From NCBI GenBank assembly GCA_965279525.1, contig CBDIIB010000005.1, forward strand, positions 1,024,001-1,088,000: a DNA stretch of 64,000 nucleotides, read 5' to 3'. The notes under the pieces were generated by a model that made no database searches, was not told where the DNA came from, and saw nothing but the letters and a program-made list of their open reading frames with translations. How positions within the stretch are numbered: position 1 is the first letter of the stretch; the number at the start of each line of letters is the position of its first letter. Made by a program: the position numbers and the translations under genes. This document shows, piece by piece, positions 1 to 9,757 of the stretch. This DNA comes from Tagaea sp. (GTDB lineage: Bacteria > Pseudomonadota > Alphaproteobacteria > CACIAM-22H2).

Positions 1-760
1 CATCGGCTCGTCGACGGCGCCGAACACCGGCAGCGTTTCGCTGGGCGCACCGGCGAGTTCGGCAGGCGGCTTCGGGCTCAGCACCACGACGTATCCGCTG
101 CCTCTGGGGACGCCCGGCACCGTCGTGCTGCGCTACGAGATGTACGGCGCACCCGATGGTGCCGCACTCGTCTATAACGGCGGGACGGTCGCCACGACCG
201 GCGGTCTCGTTTCCGGCTCGGGCGTGCTCACCTTCGATTATGCCGGCGGCGCGCCCGCCAGCATCGACGTGGAAATGGATGGCGGGTCGGTCGGCACGGC
301 ATGGTCCTTCACGCTCGAGTTCGTCATGCCCACGCTCGTCGGCGCACCCAGCGCGCAGCCCACCGGCAGCTACAAGGTCATCGCGGACCCGCAGGGCAAC
401 CAGACCTCGATCCGCACGGTCGACGCGACGACGACGGGCCTCGGTCTCAATCCCTGGTCGATCACGCCGACGGCGACGGCGCTGACGGCCGTCGATTACG
501 CGCAGGAGCTTCTCGGGGTCCATATGGGTTACTACGCCGAGCGCACGCGCACGCTCGAGTCGGTGGCGCAGAACGCGCGCGTGTCGATGGACGCGATCGT
601 CACCGGCCTTGGGGCACTCGCCGACGCCGACATCGGCAAGGCACAGGCGATGGCGATCGCCGCACGCGCGCGCATCGATCTTGCCCAGCAGGGTGTGGGC
701 ATCGCCAACAAGCAGCAGCAGGCGATCCTCGGATTCCTGCAAGGCGCCAGGGGCGGCTAG
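1..760 (+). CDS. Flagellin-like protein, 5'-truncated by the window edge
   Basis: Frame is open from position 2. The C-terminus LGALADADIGKAQAMAIAARARIDLAQQGVGIANKQQQAILGFLQ resembles the flagellin C-terminal helix (DAD.A.E...L..QA...AN.....L). Confidence 0.7.
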   Translation, partial: IGSSTAPNTGSVSLGAPASSAGGFGLSTTTYPLPLGTPGTVVLRYEMYGAPDGAALVYNGGTVATTGGLVSGSGVLTFDYAGGAPASIDVEMDGGSVGTAWSFTLEFVMPTLVGAPSAQPTGSYKVIADPQGNQTSIRTVDATTTGLGLNPWSITPTATALTAVDYAQELLGVHMGYYAERTRTLESVAQNARVSMDAIVTGLGALADADIGKAQAMAIAARARIDLAQQGVGIANKQQQAILGFLQGARGG

Positions 761-1779
761 CGCCGCTTCGCGTCGGCCATCGCCTGCGCTTCCAGCGCCA
801 GTTCCGTCACCGTGAACGCGTGCGACTGGACCATCGCCGTCTGCGTGCGCTCGCGGATGTCGGCGGCAAAGCGCGTGAAATAAGGCATGCCGGCCCGGCT
901 TGCGTCGATGCGCTCGCAGCGGCTGCCGTTGACGAGGAACAGGTGGTCGGTGCCGGGCGCGCCGCCGACATCGACATATTTGCGAAGCTCGATCGTGCCT
1001 TCGGTGCCGAGCAGGACGAGGCGGCCGTCACCCCACGTGGGCAACGCGTCGGGCGTATACCAGTCGACCCGGATATAGCCGCGCCCCTGATCGCTTTTCA
1101 GCACGATCTCGCCGAAATCCTCGAAGCCGGGATGGGCGGGGTTGGCGTAGTTGTCGGAGTCGGCCGAAACGATACGGGCGGTCGTCGATCCGGTGAAGAA
1201 CAGGAACTGGTCGATCTGGTGCGAGCCGATATCGCACAGGATGCCGCCATGCGCCGCGCGGTCGTAGAACCACGCCGGGCGCAAATGCGCGTTGTGCCGG
1301 TGCGGCCCCAGCCCCACGGTCTGCACGACGCGCCCGATGGCGCCAGCCGCGACGAGATCGGCCGCCATCGTCACAGCCGGAACCTCGAAACGTTCGGAGA
1401 AGTTGACCGACCAGATGCGGCCGGTCTCGCCCACCGACTTGCGGAGTGCGGCCAGTTGCCCGGTCGAAACGCAGCCGGGCTTGTCGACCATCACGTCCTT
1501 GCCGTGCACCATCGCGGCGATGGCAAGCTCGGCGCGCGTCGACGGCACCGATGCGATCAGCACCAGGTCGATCGTCGCGTCCTCGAGGATCGCACGCCGG
1601 TCGGCCACGCGCGGCACCTTGGGGAAGCGCTCGCGGAATCCGGCGGCCGGGATCGGTTCGCCTTCGGTCCACCACGCCGCGGCCTCGCAGCCGGCATCGA
1701 GCATGCCCTGCAGCATGCCGTAGATGTGGCGATGGTCGATGCCGAGAACGCCGACGCGAAGCTTGCCGCCAGCACTCAT
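757..1779 (-). CDS. Gfo/Idh/MocA family oxidoreductase
   Basis: Starts MSAGGKLRVGVLGIDHRH and carries DVMVDKP and GGILCDIGSHQID motifs. ATG overlaps the stop of the upstream gene. Confidence 0.9.
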   Translation of the reverse strand: MSAGGKLRVGVLGIDHRHIYGMLQGMLDAGCEAAAWWTEGEPIPAAGFRERFPKVPRVADRRAILEDATIDLVLIASVPSTRAELAIAAMVHGKDVMVDKPGCVSTGQLAALRKSVGETGRIWSVNFSERFEVPAVTMAADLVAAGAIGRVVQTVGLGPHRHNAHLRPAWFYDRAAHGGILCDIGSHQIDQFLFFTGSTTARIVSADSDNYANPAHPGFEDFGEIVLKSDQGRGYIRVDWYTPDALPTWGDGRLVLLGTEGTIELRKYVDVGGAPGTDHLFLVNGSRCERIDASRAGMPYFTRFAADIRERTQTAMVQSHAFTVTELALEAQAMADAKRR

Positions 1780-2849
1780 GCGCCGGAACCCGCGACGCGC
1801 ACGCGCGTACCGGTGCGCGCGGAATCGAGGATCGCGTCGATCAGGCGATGGACCTCGAGTGCCGAGCGTCCGGTGATCGAAGGGGCGCGCCCTGCCGCGA
1901 TCGCGGCGGCGAAATCCTCGATCACGGCGCGATGGGCGCCATGGTCGAAGGCCATCGGATCGGCACCGCCGCCGGTCGCCTGCTTCTGGCCGATTTCCTC
2001 GACCCGGCCGTCGCGCCACGAGACCGACAGGCTGCCGCCGCGGAAGATCGCCGAACCGTGCTCGGCATGGATCGCCAGCGTCTCGGAATCGCCGGGATAG
2101 GCTGCGGTCGTGGCCATGATCGAGCCTTGCGCGCCCATCCGGAATCGCACGCCTGCGGCGGCGAAGTCTTCGGTTTCCATCCGGTGCAGGCTCGTGGTGC
2201 CGGCCAGCGCCTGCACCTCGTCGATCGGCCCCAGCAGCGACAGCATCAGGTCGAGCGCGTGGATCGCCTGGGAGATCAGCACGCCGCCGCCGTCGCGCGC
2301 ATGCGTGCCGCGCCCCGGTTCGTCGTAATAGGCCTGCGGCCGCCACCACGGCACTTCGAGCCGGACCAGGCCGATGCGGCCGAGCCGCCCGCTTTCCAGC
2401 AGCGCCTTCAGCGCCAGCGAGGCCGGCCGCAGTCGATGCTGGAACACGATGCCGAGCGCCACGCCGGCACGCTCGGCGATGGCGACGATCTCCTCGGCCG
2501 CCTTCGTCGTCCGCTCGACGGGCTTCTCCATCAGGATCTGCTTGCCGGCATCCGCGAACAGGCGCACGGCATCGAGGCGCGCGTTGGGCGGAGTGAGCAG
2601 CAGCACGGCATCGAGTGCCGGATCGGCGGCAAGCGCTTCGAGGCTCGTCGCTTCCGGCAGGCCGTGCGTGCGCGCGAACGCCTGGCGGCGTGCCGCATCG
2701 CGCCCGTAGACACCACGCACCTCGACCCGCCCGTCGGCGAGATCCTTGAGGGCGAGCACATGCGGCTTGGATGCCATGCCGAGCCCGACGACGGCAATGC
2801 GCACGGGGCGACCTTCGATCTTGTTCACGCGATGCTTCTCCCCGTTCAT
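1776..2849 (-). CDS. Gfo/Idh/MocA family oxidoreductase
   Basis: IAVVGLG Rossmann motif, ILMEKP, GGGVLISQAIHALD. Confidence 0.92.
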   Translation of the reverse strand: MNGEKHRVNKIEGRPVRIAVVGLGMASKPHVLALKDLADGRVEVRGVYGRDAARRQAFARTHGLPEATSLEALAADPALDAVLLLTPPNARLDAVRLFADAGKQILMEKPVERTTKAAEEIVAIAERAGVALGIVFQHRLRPASLALKALLESGRLGRIGLVRLEVPWWRPQAYYDEPGRGTHARDGGGVLISQAIHALDLMLSLLGPIDEVQALAGTTSLHRMETEDFAAAGVRFRMGAQGSIMATTAAYPGDSETLAIHAEHGSAIFRGGSLSVSWRDGRVEEIGQKQATGGGADPMAFDHGAHRAVIEDFAAAIAAGRAPSITGRSALEVHRLIDAILDSARTGTRVRVAGSGA

Positions 2850-3613
2850 TCGGCGACCACCGGATTGCGCAGGATGCCGACCTCGGGGATCTCGATCTCG
2901 ACCGTGTCGCCGGGCCGGACCGGGCCCACGCCCGACGGCGTGCCGGTCATGATGACGTCGCCCGGCAGCAGCGTGATGGCGCTGCTGATATGCGCCACGA
3001 GCCGGGCGATCGAATAGACGAGGTCGGACGTGTTCGAATGCTGGCGCTCGACGCCGTTGACCCGCGCGATGATCTCGATGTCGGCCGGATCGAGATCGGT
3101 CTCGATCGCCGGGCCGAGCGGATTGAAGCTGTCGAACGCCTTGCCGATGACGAGACAGCCCTGCTTCATCTCGGCCGCCTGGATCACCCGCTCGCTGACG
3201 TCGTTGCCGCAGGTGTAGCCGAGGATGTGTTCGCGCGCGTCCTTCTCCGCGATGCGGCGCCCACCCTTGCCGATCACGACGGCGACTTCGGCCTCGAAAT
3301 GGACGTTCTCGCCTTCGCGCGGATAGACGATGGGATCGTCCGGCCCGATCACCGCCGAGGCCGGTTTCATGAACAGCATCGGGACGGCCGGCAACGGCAG
3401 GTTCATCTCGCGCGCATGGTTCACGTAGTTGAGACCGGCGCCGTAGATGTTTCTCGGCACGACCGGTGACAGGAGCCGGACCTGGCTCACATGCGCGGTC
3501 CTGCCGTTCGGGACAAGGCTTTCGAACGGCGAGCCGGCGAGCTGGCGGATCGTGCCGTCGCGGTCGAGAAGGCCATGGCGGATTTCAGGATCGGCATAGC
3601 GGACGATGCGCAT
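2846..3613 (-). CDS. Fumarylacetoacetate hydrolase (FAH) family protein
   Basis: GLNYVNH, LFMKP, HFEAEVAVVIGK, GYTCGNDVS, LPGDVIMTGTPSGVG motifs. Confidence 0.93.
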   Translation of the reverse strand: MRIVRYADPEIRHGLLDRDGTIRQLAGSPFESLVPNGRTAHVSQVRLLSPVVPRNIYGAGLNYVNHAREMNLPLPAVPMLFMKPASAVIGPDDPIVYPREGENVHFEAEVAVVIGKGGRRIAEKDAREHILGYTCGNDVSERVIQAAEMKQGCLVIGKAFDSFNPLGPAIETDLDPADIEIIARVNGVERQHSNTSDLVYSIARLVAHISSAITLLPGDVIMTGTPSGVGPVRPGDTVEIEIPEVGILRNPVVAE

Positions 3614-3628
3614 GGTGCGGCTTTCCTG

Positions 3629-4912
3629 TCAGGTCTTCGGGACGGGCAATGCACCCCATCCCGCAAAGGCGGCCTTGCCGGCCAGATGTTCTTCAAGCCG
3701 CAGAAGCTCGTTCCATTTCGCGGTGCGCTCGCCGCGCGTGATCGAACCGACCTTTATCTGGCCGGCGTTCCAGCCGACCGCGAGATGCGCGATCGTCGTG
3801 TCTTCCGTCTCGCCCGAGCGGGCCGACACGATGGCGGCGATGCCGCCAGCGTTCGCAGCTTCGAGTGCGGCCAGCGTCTGCGTCACCGTGCCGATCTGGT
3901 TGGGCTTGATCAGCGCGCAGTTGACGAGCCCGCGGCGTGCCGCATCCGCCACGCGGGCAGGATCGGTCACCAGCAGGTCGTCGCCGACCACCTGCACGCG
4001 GCTGCCGACGGCTTTCGTGAACTTGCGGAAGCCCTCCGGATCGTCCTCGGCAAGCGGGTCTTCGATCGACAGGATCGGATAGCGTTCGACCCAGCGGACC
4101 ATCATCTCGCACATCGCGTCGCTGTCGAGTTCCCGATTCTCCAGTCCAAGCTTGTAGCGGCCCTTGCGGCCGAACTCGGAAGCCGCGATGTCGAGTGCAA
4201 TGTGTACCTCGTGGCCGGGCGTGTAGCCGGCTTTCTCGATCGCGGTCACGAGCAGGTCGAGGCCTTCCTCGTTCGTCGCGAAGGCAGGCCAGTGGCCACC
4301 TTCGTCGGCCACGCCTTGCGTGCGGCCGCTGTCGCGCAGCAGCCGACGCGCGGCGTGATAGACCTCGGCCGTGCGGTCGAGCGCTTCGGCAAAGCTGCCG
4401 GCCGACGGGCACACGACGAGGAAATCCTGCACGTCGACGCGCCGGCCGGCATGGGCGCCGCCGCCGAAGATCTGGATCTCGGGCAGCGGGATTCGCATGG
4501 GCCGTCCCCTGGCCAGATGCGCGAAGAGCGGCACGCTGGCGTCAGCAGCGGCGGCGTGAAGCACGGCCATCGACACGGCGATGACCGCATTGCCGCCCAG
4601 ACGCTTCTTCTGCGCGGTGCCGTCGAGTTCGATCAGGATCGCGTCGATGGCCGCCTGATCCGACGCATCGCACCCCTTGAGCGCTGCCGCGATCTCGCCG
4701 TCGACATTGGCGACCGCCTTGCGCACGTCGAGCCCTTCGAACGCCGTCCCGCCGTCGCGCAAGTCAGCCGCCTCGCCCGAGCCCATCGAAGCGCCCGCGG
4801 GTGCGATCGCCCGGCCGACCGCACCGCCCGCAAGCGTCACCTCGGCTTCGACCGTCAGCCGGCCGCGCGAGTCCCACACGCGCCGTCCATGCACCGATGC
4901 GATCTTCGTCAT
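3629..4912 (-). CDS. eno: Enolase paralog with a divergent active site
   Basis: DSRG, GASMG, LGGNA, DEGG, SIEDP, VGDDL, LIKPNQIG, SARSGETED motifs. Confidence 0.88.
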   Translation of the reverse strand: MTKIASVHGRRVWDSRGRLTVEAEVTLAGGAVGRAIAPAGASMGSGEAADLRDGGTAFEGLDVRKAVANVDGEIAAALKGCDASDQAAIDAILIELDGTAQKKRLGGNAVIAVSMAVLHAAAADASVPLFAHLARGRPMRIPLPEIQIFGGGAHAGRRVDVQDFLVVCPSAGSFAEALDRTAEVYHAARRLLRDSGRTQGVADEGGHWPAFATNEEGLDLLVTAIEKAGYTPGHEVHIALDIAASEFGRKGRYKLGLENRELDSDAMCEMMVRWVERYPILSIEDPLAEDDPEGFRKFTKAVGSRVQVVGDDLLVTDPARVADAARRGLVNCALIKPNQIGTVTQTLAALEAANAGGIAAIVSARSGETEDTTIAHLAVGWNAGQIKVGSITRGERTAKWNELLRLEEHLAGKAAFAGWGALPVPKT

Positions 4913-5937
4913 GTGCCGCTCCGTCCTGTCTGTGCGAGCCGCGCGGCCCATGCATCGCGGACCGCACCAAGCGATTCGGGCGGTCGTGCGACGAGCGGGA
5001 TCGCGACGCCGCGCACCAGATCGCGATCATCGTCCCGCACGATGTACTCGACCGGCGACTTGCCGTCGATGCGCGCCAGCAGCAGGGCCGGCAGCAGGTG
5101 TGCCGTGCGCGTCTCTATCTCGCGATCGCCCGGCCCTTGGAAATAGGCGGCCTTGAGCGCGTCGAACGCGGCGAGCAGCGGCCCGGTCGCCGCACGGTTC
5201 CACACGCATTTGAGCAGAAGATGATTGAGACAGAAGGCGAGATCGAACGCCGGATCGCCGTACCAGGCGCATTCGGCATCGAGGAAGACGGGACCCGTCG
5301 GGCCGGCAAGGATGTTCTTCGGGCTGACGTCGCCATGCACGAGTGCCTGATGGCAGGCGAGCGTGCGGCGCGACAGCGCGAACAGGCGTTCGGCCACTGC
5401 CGGATGCCGGGCGGCGGTCGCCTCGAGATAGGGCTCCAGCCGGATCGCGTGGAACGTGTCATCGAGCGCGAAGCGCTTCGCGACGCTGGCGTCGCCGGCA
5501 GTCGCGGCATGGATGCGGGCAAGCGCCTTCCCGACGGAACCCGCGAACGCGATGTCGACTTGTCCGTCGCGCAGTTGGGATTTCCAGACCGGGTACCGGT
5601 CCGGCGGCAGAAAATCCATCGCGAACAGGCCGGATGCCGGATCGTGGAACAGGATCTCCGGCGCGCAGCCGGGCACGATCCGGGCCGCGATGCGCAGCCA
5701 GTCCGCCTCGGCAGCGTTGCGGCTGACCGGTGCGCGCCAGTCGGCGGCGACCCTGAGCTTGGGCAAGGCACGCTTGACCGCGAAGCTGCGCGTACCCGCA
5801 TCGACCCGCCAGATGTCGGACGCGACTCCGCCAGTCAACGGTTCGAAGCGCACTTCGACACCGGCCGGGACGAGCCCGCCCGCGCGCAGCAGGGCTGCGA
5901 TCCCGTCGGTCGGCATGAGTTCGGGTTCAGCGCTCAT
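4909..5937 (-). CDS. APH/phosphotransferase (methylthioribose kinase-like) family kinase
   Basis: LTGGVASDIW, FAVKRAL, LVHGDVSPKNIL, FLDAEC, GDPAFDLAF motifs. Translationally coupled on both sides. Confidence 0.85.
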   Translation of the reverse strand: MSAEPELMPTDGIAALLRAGGLVPAGVEVRFEPLTGGVASDIWRVDAGTRSFAVKRALPKLRVAADWRAPVSRNAAEADWLRIAARIVPGCAPEILFHDPASGLFAMDFLPPDRYPVWKSQLRDGQVDIAFAGSVGKALARIHAATAGDASVAKRFALDDTFHAIRLEPYLEATAARHPAVAERLFALSRRTLACHQALVHGDVSPKNILAGPTGPVFLDAECAWYGDPAFDLAFCLNHLLLKCVWNRAATGPLLAAFDALKAAYFQGPGDREIETRTAHLLPALLLARIDGKSPVEYIVRDDDRDLVRGVAIPLVARPPESLGAVRDAWAARLAQTGRSGT

Positions 5938-6875
5938 GCGACGCGGTGGAGCAGGGGTTCGCCGGCGGCAAGCCGCCGGCAGTTCTCGACGATGACGGCC
6001 ACGCTGCGCTTCCAGGTGCCGGCGGTCATCCAGGCGATATGCGGCGTCGCCACGACGTTCGGCAGCACGAAAAGCGGGTTGTCGGCCCGGGCGGGTTCCT
6101 GCGCGAACACGTCGAGTCCGGCAGCGGCCACATGGCCCGTGCGCAGGGCCGCAACAAGGGCGCCTTCGTCGATCAGCGGTCCGCGTGCCGTGTTGACAAT
6201 GATGGCACCGCGCTTCAGCCGCGCGAGCCGACCGGCATCCAGCAGGTTGCGCGTCTCGGGCGTCAAGGGTACATGCAGCGAAACGATGTCGGACCGCGCG
6301 AGCAGGTCGTCGAGCGCCACCAGTTCGACGTCGGCGTCCTTCGCGCGCGGCGAATGCGCGATCACGCTCGCACCCATCGCCCGAAGCACGCCCGCCAGCC
6401 GCCGCGCGACCGCGCCATAGCCGATCAGCCCGACGCAGGCCCCGTCGATCTCGGCCGCGGCGTCCAGATGGGTCTGCGCCGCCGGCCAGCCCTTGCCGGC
6501 GCGCAGGTCGGCATCGATGACGGGGATCCGCCGCAGGCAAGCCAGCATCAGGCCAAGCGCCAGCTCGGCAACCGCAGCGGTGTTGGTGCCGGGCATGTTG
6601 CACACGGCGATGCCGTTGCGCTTCGCGTGTTCGCGGTCGATCGCGTCGACGCCGACGCCGATCTTCTGGACGAGCTTCAGCGACGGTGCCGCAGACATGA
6701 TCGCGGCGGTGACCGGCGACAGCACGTGCAGCAGGACCTGCGCGTCGGCGATCTCGCGTTTCAGGCCGGCTTCGTCGCGCTCGTCGACGATGGCGATCCC
6801 GAGATGTCGCCGGTCCACGCCTTCCAGGATGCGGCGCACCGCGGGCGACGCGTCGTAGGGCAGGACGGCTTTCAT
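5934..6875 (-). CDS. D-isomer-specific 2-hydroxyacid dehydrogenase
   Basis: GVGVDAID, VGLIGYGAVA, DIVSLHVPLTPETRNL, VNTARGPLIDE, TPHIA motifs. Confidence 0.92.
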   Translation of the reverse strand: MKAVLPYDASPAVRRILEGVDRRHLGIAIVDERDEAGLKREIADAQVLLHVLSPVTAAIMSAAPSLKLVQKIGVGVDAIDREHAKRNGIAVCNMPGTNTAAVAELALGLMLACLRRIPVIDADLRAGKGWPAAQTHLDAAAEIDGACVGLIGYGAVARRLAGVLRAMGASVIAHSPRAKDADVELVALDDLLARSDIVSLHVPLTPETRNLLDAGRLARLKRGAIIVNTARGPLIDEGALVAALRTGHVAAAGLDVFAQEPARADNPLFVLPNVVATPHIAWMTAGTWKRSVAVIVENCRRLAAGEPLLHRVA

Positions 6876-7795
6876 CTGCCGGCCAGGAATGCCGCGCGCC
6901 ACGCGTCGATCGCGGCATCGCTCGCCGCACCGTCGTGCGCGATCACGCGATAGCGCGCGCGCACCGGCTCGCCCTTGCGCAGCAGACGCTGGCGAAGACG
7001 GAAAGCGCCGACGCTGACCGCACCCCAGTCGGCGACGAACCACGACGCCTCCTCGTGGTCGCGCGGATCGGGGAAGACCGTCAGCCCGGCGACATTGCCG
7101 CCGCCGACGGGGCCGGAAAAGTCGACCCAGCTTGCACCTACGCCGCTCACGGCCTCGCCGCCAGTGCGCCCGCGATCGTCGCGCACCGTGCCGCCGAGCG
7201 AGGCAACCATGCTGTCGGCGACGCGCACGTTGAAGTAGGCGTGTCGCGTCGGGCCGATGGCGATGTCCCAGCTGTCGGTATGCAGGGTGGAGTCGACATC
7301 GATGATGTTGGCGTTGCCCGCGACACGGACCGTCAGACGGCGGTCTTCGCGCGCGACCAGCCGGCCCGATGCCGCACCCCATTCGACGGGGCCGCGCCAC
7401 TCGACGGTCTGCGCCAGCACCGCGTTGCCGAGCGGATCGTGCGACAGCTCGGTGGATTTCAGCAGCAGCGTCCCGGGTGCGCGGCCCTGGAACGTCTCGT
7501 CGACATAGAAGTTGTACGTGTACTCCTCGTAGCGGTCGCCGCCGACGGGAAAGCGCGCGTGCATGTGGTCGGCCGCGATCCACAGCGAATTGTGGTGCGG
7601 ATGGTCCGCGGGGCTTTCCGAGGTCACCGCGAAGCCGGCCGGCGTGAAGACCGGATAGGCATAGGGCCGCATGCGGCCCTGCGTGAGGCCGAGCACTGGC
7701 CTGCCGCGATGGCGCAGGATCTGGCGGTGCGTACGTGCGATGGCGCCGGGCGGAAGGGCGAGCGCATCGTCCGTCAGCGTGAATTCGTCGACCAT
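6872..7795 (-). CDS. DUF6807 ('PmoA-like') family soluble protein, probably sugar-related
   Basis: RPYAYPVFTPAG and P.DHPHHNSLWI motifs typical of this family; lies in a sugar-acid operon. Confidence 0.7.
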   Translation of the reverse strand: MVDEFTLTDDALALPPGAIARTHRQILRHRGRPVLGLTQGRMRPYAYPVFTPAGFAVTSESPADHPHHNSLWIAADHMHARFPVGGDRYEEYTYNFYVDETFQGRAPGTLLLKSTELSHDPLGNAVLAQTVEWRGPVEWGAASGRLVAREDRRLTVRVAGNANIIDVDSTLHTDSWDIAIGPTRHAYFNVRVADSMVASLGGTVRDDRGRTGGEAVSGVGASWVDFSGPVGGGNVAGLTVFPDPRDHEEASWFVADWGAVSVGAFRLRQRLLRKGEPVRARYRVIAHDGAASDAAIDAWRAAFLAGR

Positions 7796-7798
7796 CGT

Positions 7799-9679
7799 TC
7801 AGATCCCGAATATCCGGACCGGCACGAGGCTGAGCGCCGGCACGAACGTGATCACCGCCAGCCAGATCAGCAGGCCGATCATGAACGGCCAGCATGCGCG
7901 ATAGGCCAGATGGATCGGCGTGTTGGTCACTTGGGCCGCCGTGAACACGAGGACCGCGAGCGGCGGCGTCAGCGCGCCGATGCACAGGTTGGCGACCATG
8001 ACGACGCCAAAATGGACGAGATCGACGTTCGCCGCCTTGAGGACCGGCACCAGCAGCGGCACGAGGATGACCATAGAGGCGATCATCTCCATCGCCAGTC
8101 CGACGAACAGCAGGAACAGGTTGATCGCCAGCAGCAGGAGCACCCAGCTCGCCGACAGCGTGCCGAGGATCATCGTCATCTTCTGCGGGACCTGCTCGAT
8201 GATAAGCGCGTAGGCGAACGGTGCCGACGCCGCGATCACGGCAAGGACGGTCGTGGTCTCGATCAGCGATTCGCGCAAGGCATGCAGCAGCGACGACCCG
8301 TTCGCCGTGCGGTAGATCCACAGGCCGCAGACCAGCGCGTAGAGCACGGCGACCGCACCCGCCTCGGTCGCCGAGAACACTCCGTACCGGATGCCGCCGA
8401 CGATCAGGATCGGCAGGACGAGGGCCGGAAGCGACTGCCGGAACGCGCTGCCGCGCGCACTCCAGCTTGCCCGCGCGCCACTGTCGCCGATTTTCCGGCG
8501 CACGCATTCGAAATGCACGACGATCGACAGCGTCAGCGCCATCAAAAGGCCTGGCACGATCGTCGCCGTGAACAGCGCGCCGACCGACACGCTCGCAAGT
8601 GCGCCGAAGATGATGAGACCGAGGCTGGGCGGGATCATGTTCGCCAGGATCGAGCCGGAGCTCGTCAGGGCCACGCCGAACGGCTTGGGATAGCCGCGCC
8701 GCTCCATCTCCGGCACCATCGTCTTGGCGATCGCTGCGGCGTCGGCGGTCGACGAGCCGGAAACGCCGCCCATCAACGTGTTCGTCAGGACGTTGACGTG
8801 GGCGAGTCCGCCCCGGAAATGGCCGACGAGCGAGGAAGCCAGTGCAATCAGTTTCTCGGTGATGCCACCGACATTCATCAATCCGCCGGCGAGCATGAAG
8901 AACGGGATCGACAGCAGCAGATAGTCCATCGAGTTCGTCAGGCCCTGCGGCACCGGCAGAAGCGCGAGCGGGCCCTGCGGCAGGAACGCCACGAACGTGC
9001 CGAAGACGAGCGAATCGAAGATCGGGATGCCGGCCAGCATCAGGCCGATCGCGATGACGACGAGCGGTGCGACGACGCCGAACGACCCGATGAAGGTCGA
9101 TCCGACGGTGCTTTCCATAACGTAGTAGAGCGCGATACCCGTTGCCGTCGCAGCCGCACCCGTCCAGACATTCCGGAATCCGGCAACCGGCTCGAGGGCC
9201 AGGAATAGCAGCGCCAGTCCCGCACCCGTAGGTACGGCAAGATAGAGATACGCGTAGTTCCACTGGAGGGCGGGCGAGATGTAGCTTGCCTGCGACACGA
9301 GGCTGCCGCCGCAGGTGACGAGGAAGATCGCGCAGGATGCCGAGATCACGCGCACGACGAACGCATGCGTCCGCAGCGCGTCCGGCGACAGCGAACGGGG
9401 CAGCATGTCGATGGTGATGTGGCGGGCGCGACGCGTGACGAGTGCCGCACCCAGGAAGACGAACCAGACGAACGCGAAGCGCGCCATCTCTTCGGGCCAG
9501 CTCAGCGCGCTGTTGAGCACGTAGCGGCAGAAGACCTGCAGCAGGGCGATGGAGATCGTGCCGACGAGGGCGGCGACGGCGAGTGTCTCGACCGTGCGGT
9601 CGATCGCCAGCGAGACCCGCCCCATCGTCTGCGCGAGTCCGCCTGCGGGCAAAGTGCCCGCATCCGCTTCCTGATTCAT
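7799..9679 (-). CDS. TRAP transporter fused small/large permease (DctQ-DctM)
   Basis: N-terminal QVFCRYV..WPEEMARF (DctQ) followed by SIPFFMLAG, GVSGSSTAD, IPPS, GALTPP (DctM). Confidence 0.9.
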   Translation of the reverse strand: MNQEADAGTLPAGGLAQTMGRVSLAIDRTVETLAVAALVGTISIALLQVFCRYVLNSALSWPEEMARFAFVWFVFLGAALVTRRARHITIDMLPRSLSPDALRTHAFVVRVISASCAIFLVTCGGSLVSQASYISPALQWNYAYLYLAVPTGAGLALLFLALEPVAGFRNVWTGAAATATGIALYYVMESTVGSTFIGSFGVVAPLVVIAIGLMLAGIPIFDSLVFGTFVAFLPQGPLALLPVPQGLTNSMDYLLLSIPFFMLAGGLMNVGGITEKLIALASSLVGHFRGGLAHVNVLTNTLMGGVSGSSTADAAAIAKTMVPEMERRGYPKPFGVALTSSGSILANMIPPSLGLIIFGALASVSVGALFTATIVPGLLMALTLSIVVHFECVRRKIGDSGARASWSARGSAFRQSLPALVLPILIVGGIRYGVFSATEAGAVAVLYALVCGLWIYRTANGSSLLHALRESLIETTTVLAVIAASAPFAYALIIEQVPQKMTMILGTLSASWVLLLLAINLFLLFVGLAMEMIASMVILVPLLVPVLKAANVDLVHFGVVMVANLCIGALTPPLAVLVFTAAQVTNTPIHLAYRACWPFMIGLLIWLAVITFVPALSLVPVRIFGI

Positions 9680-9757
9680 TTCTTGTCTGCTTTCGAAGGT
9701 ACGTTCGTTCGGACGGTGGCGGGAAGGCAATCGCCTCCCCGCCCCGTTCCGAGGGAC

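Noticed and set aside
6872-7795. Possible methane monooxygenase PmoA
   Set aside because: The family label is misleading. The protein is soluble, there are no pmoB/pmoC genes, and the context is sugar catabolism.
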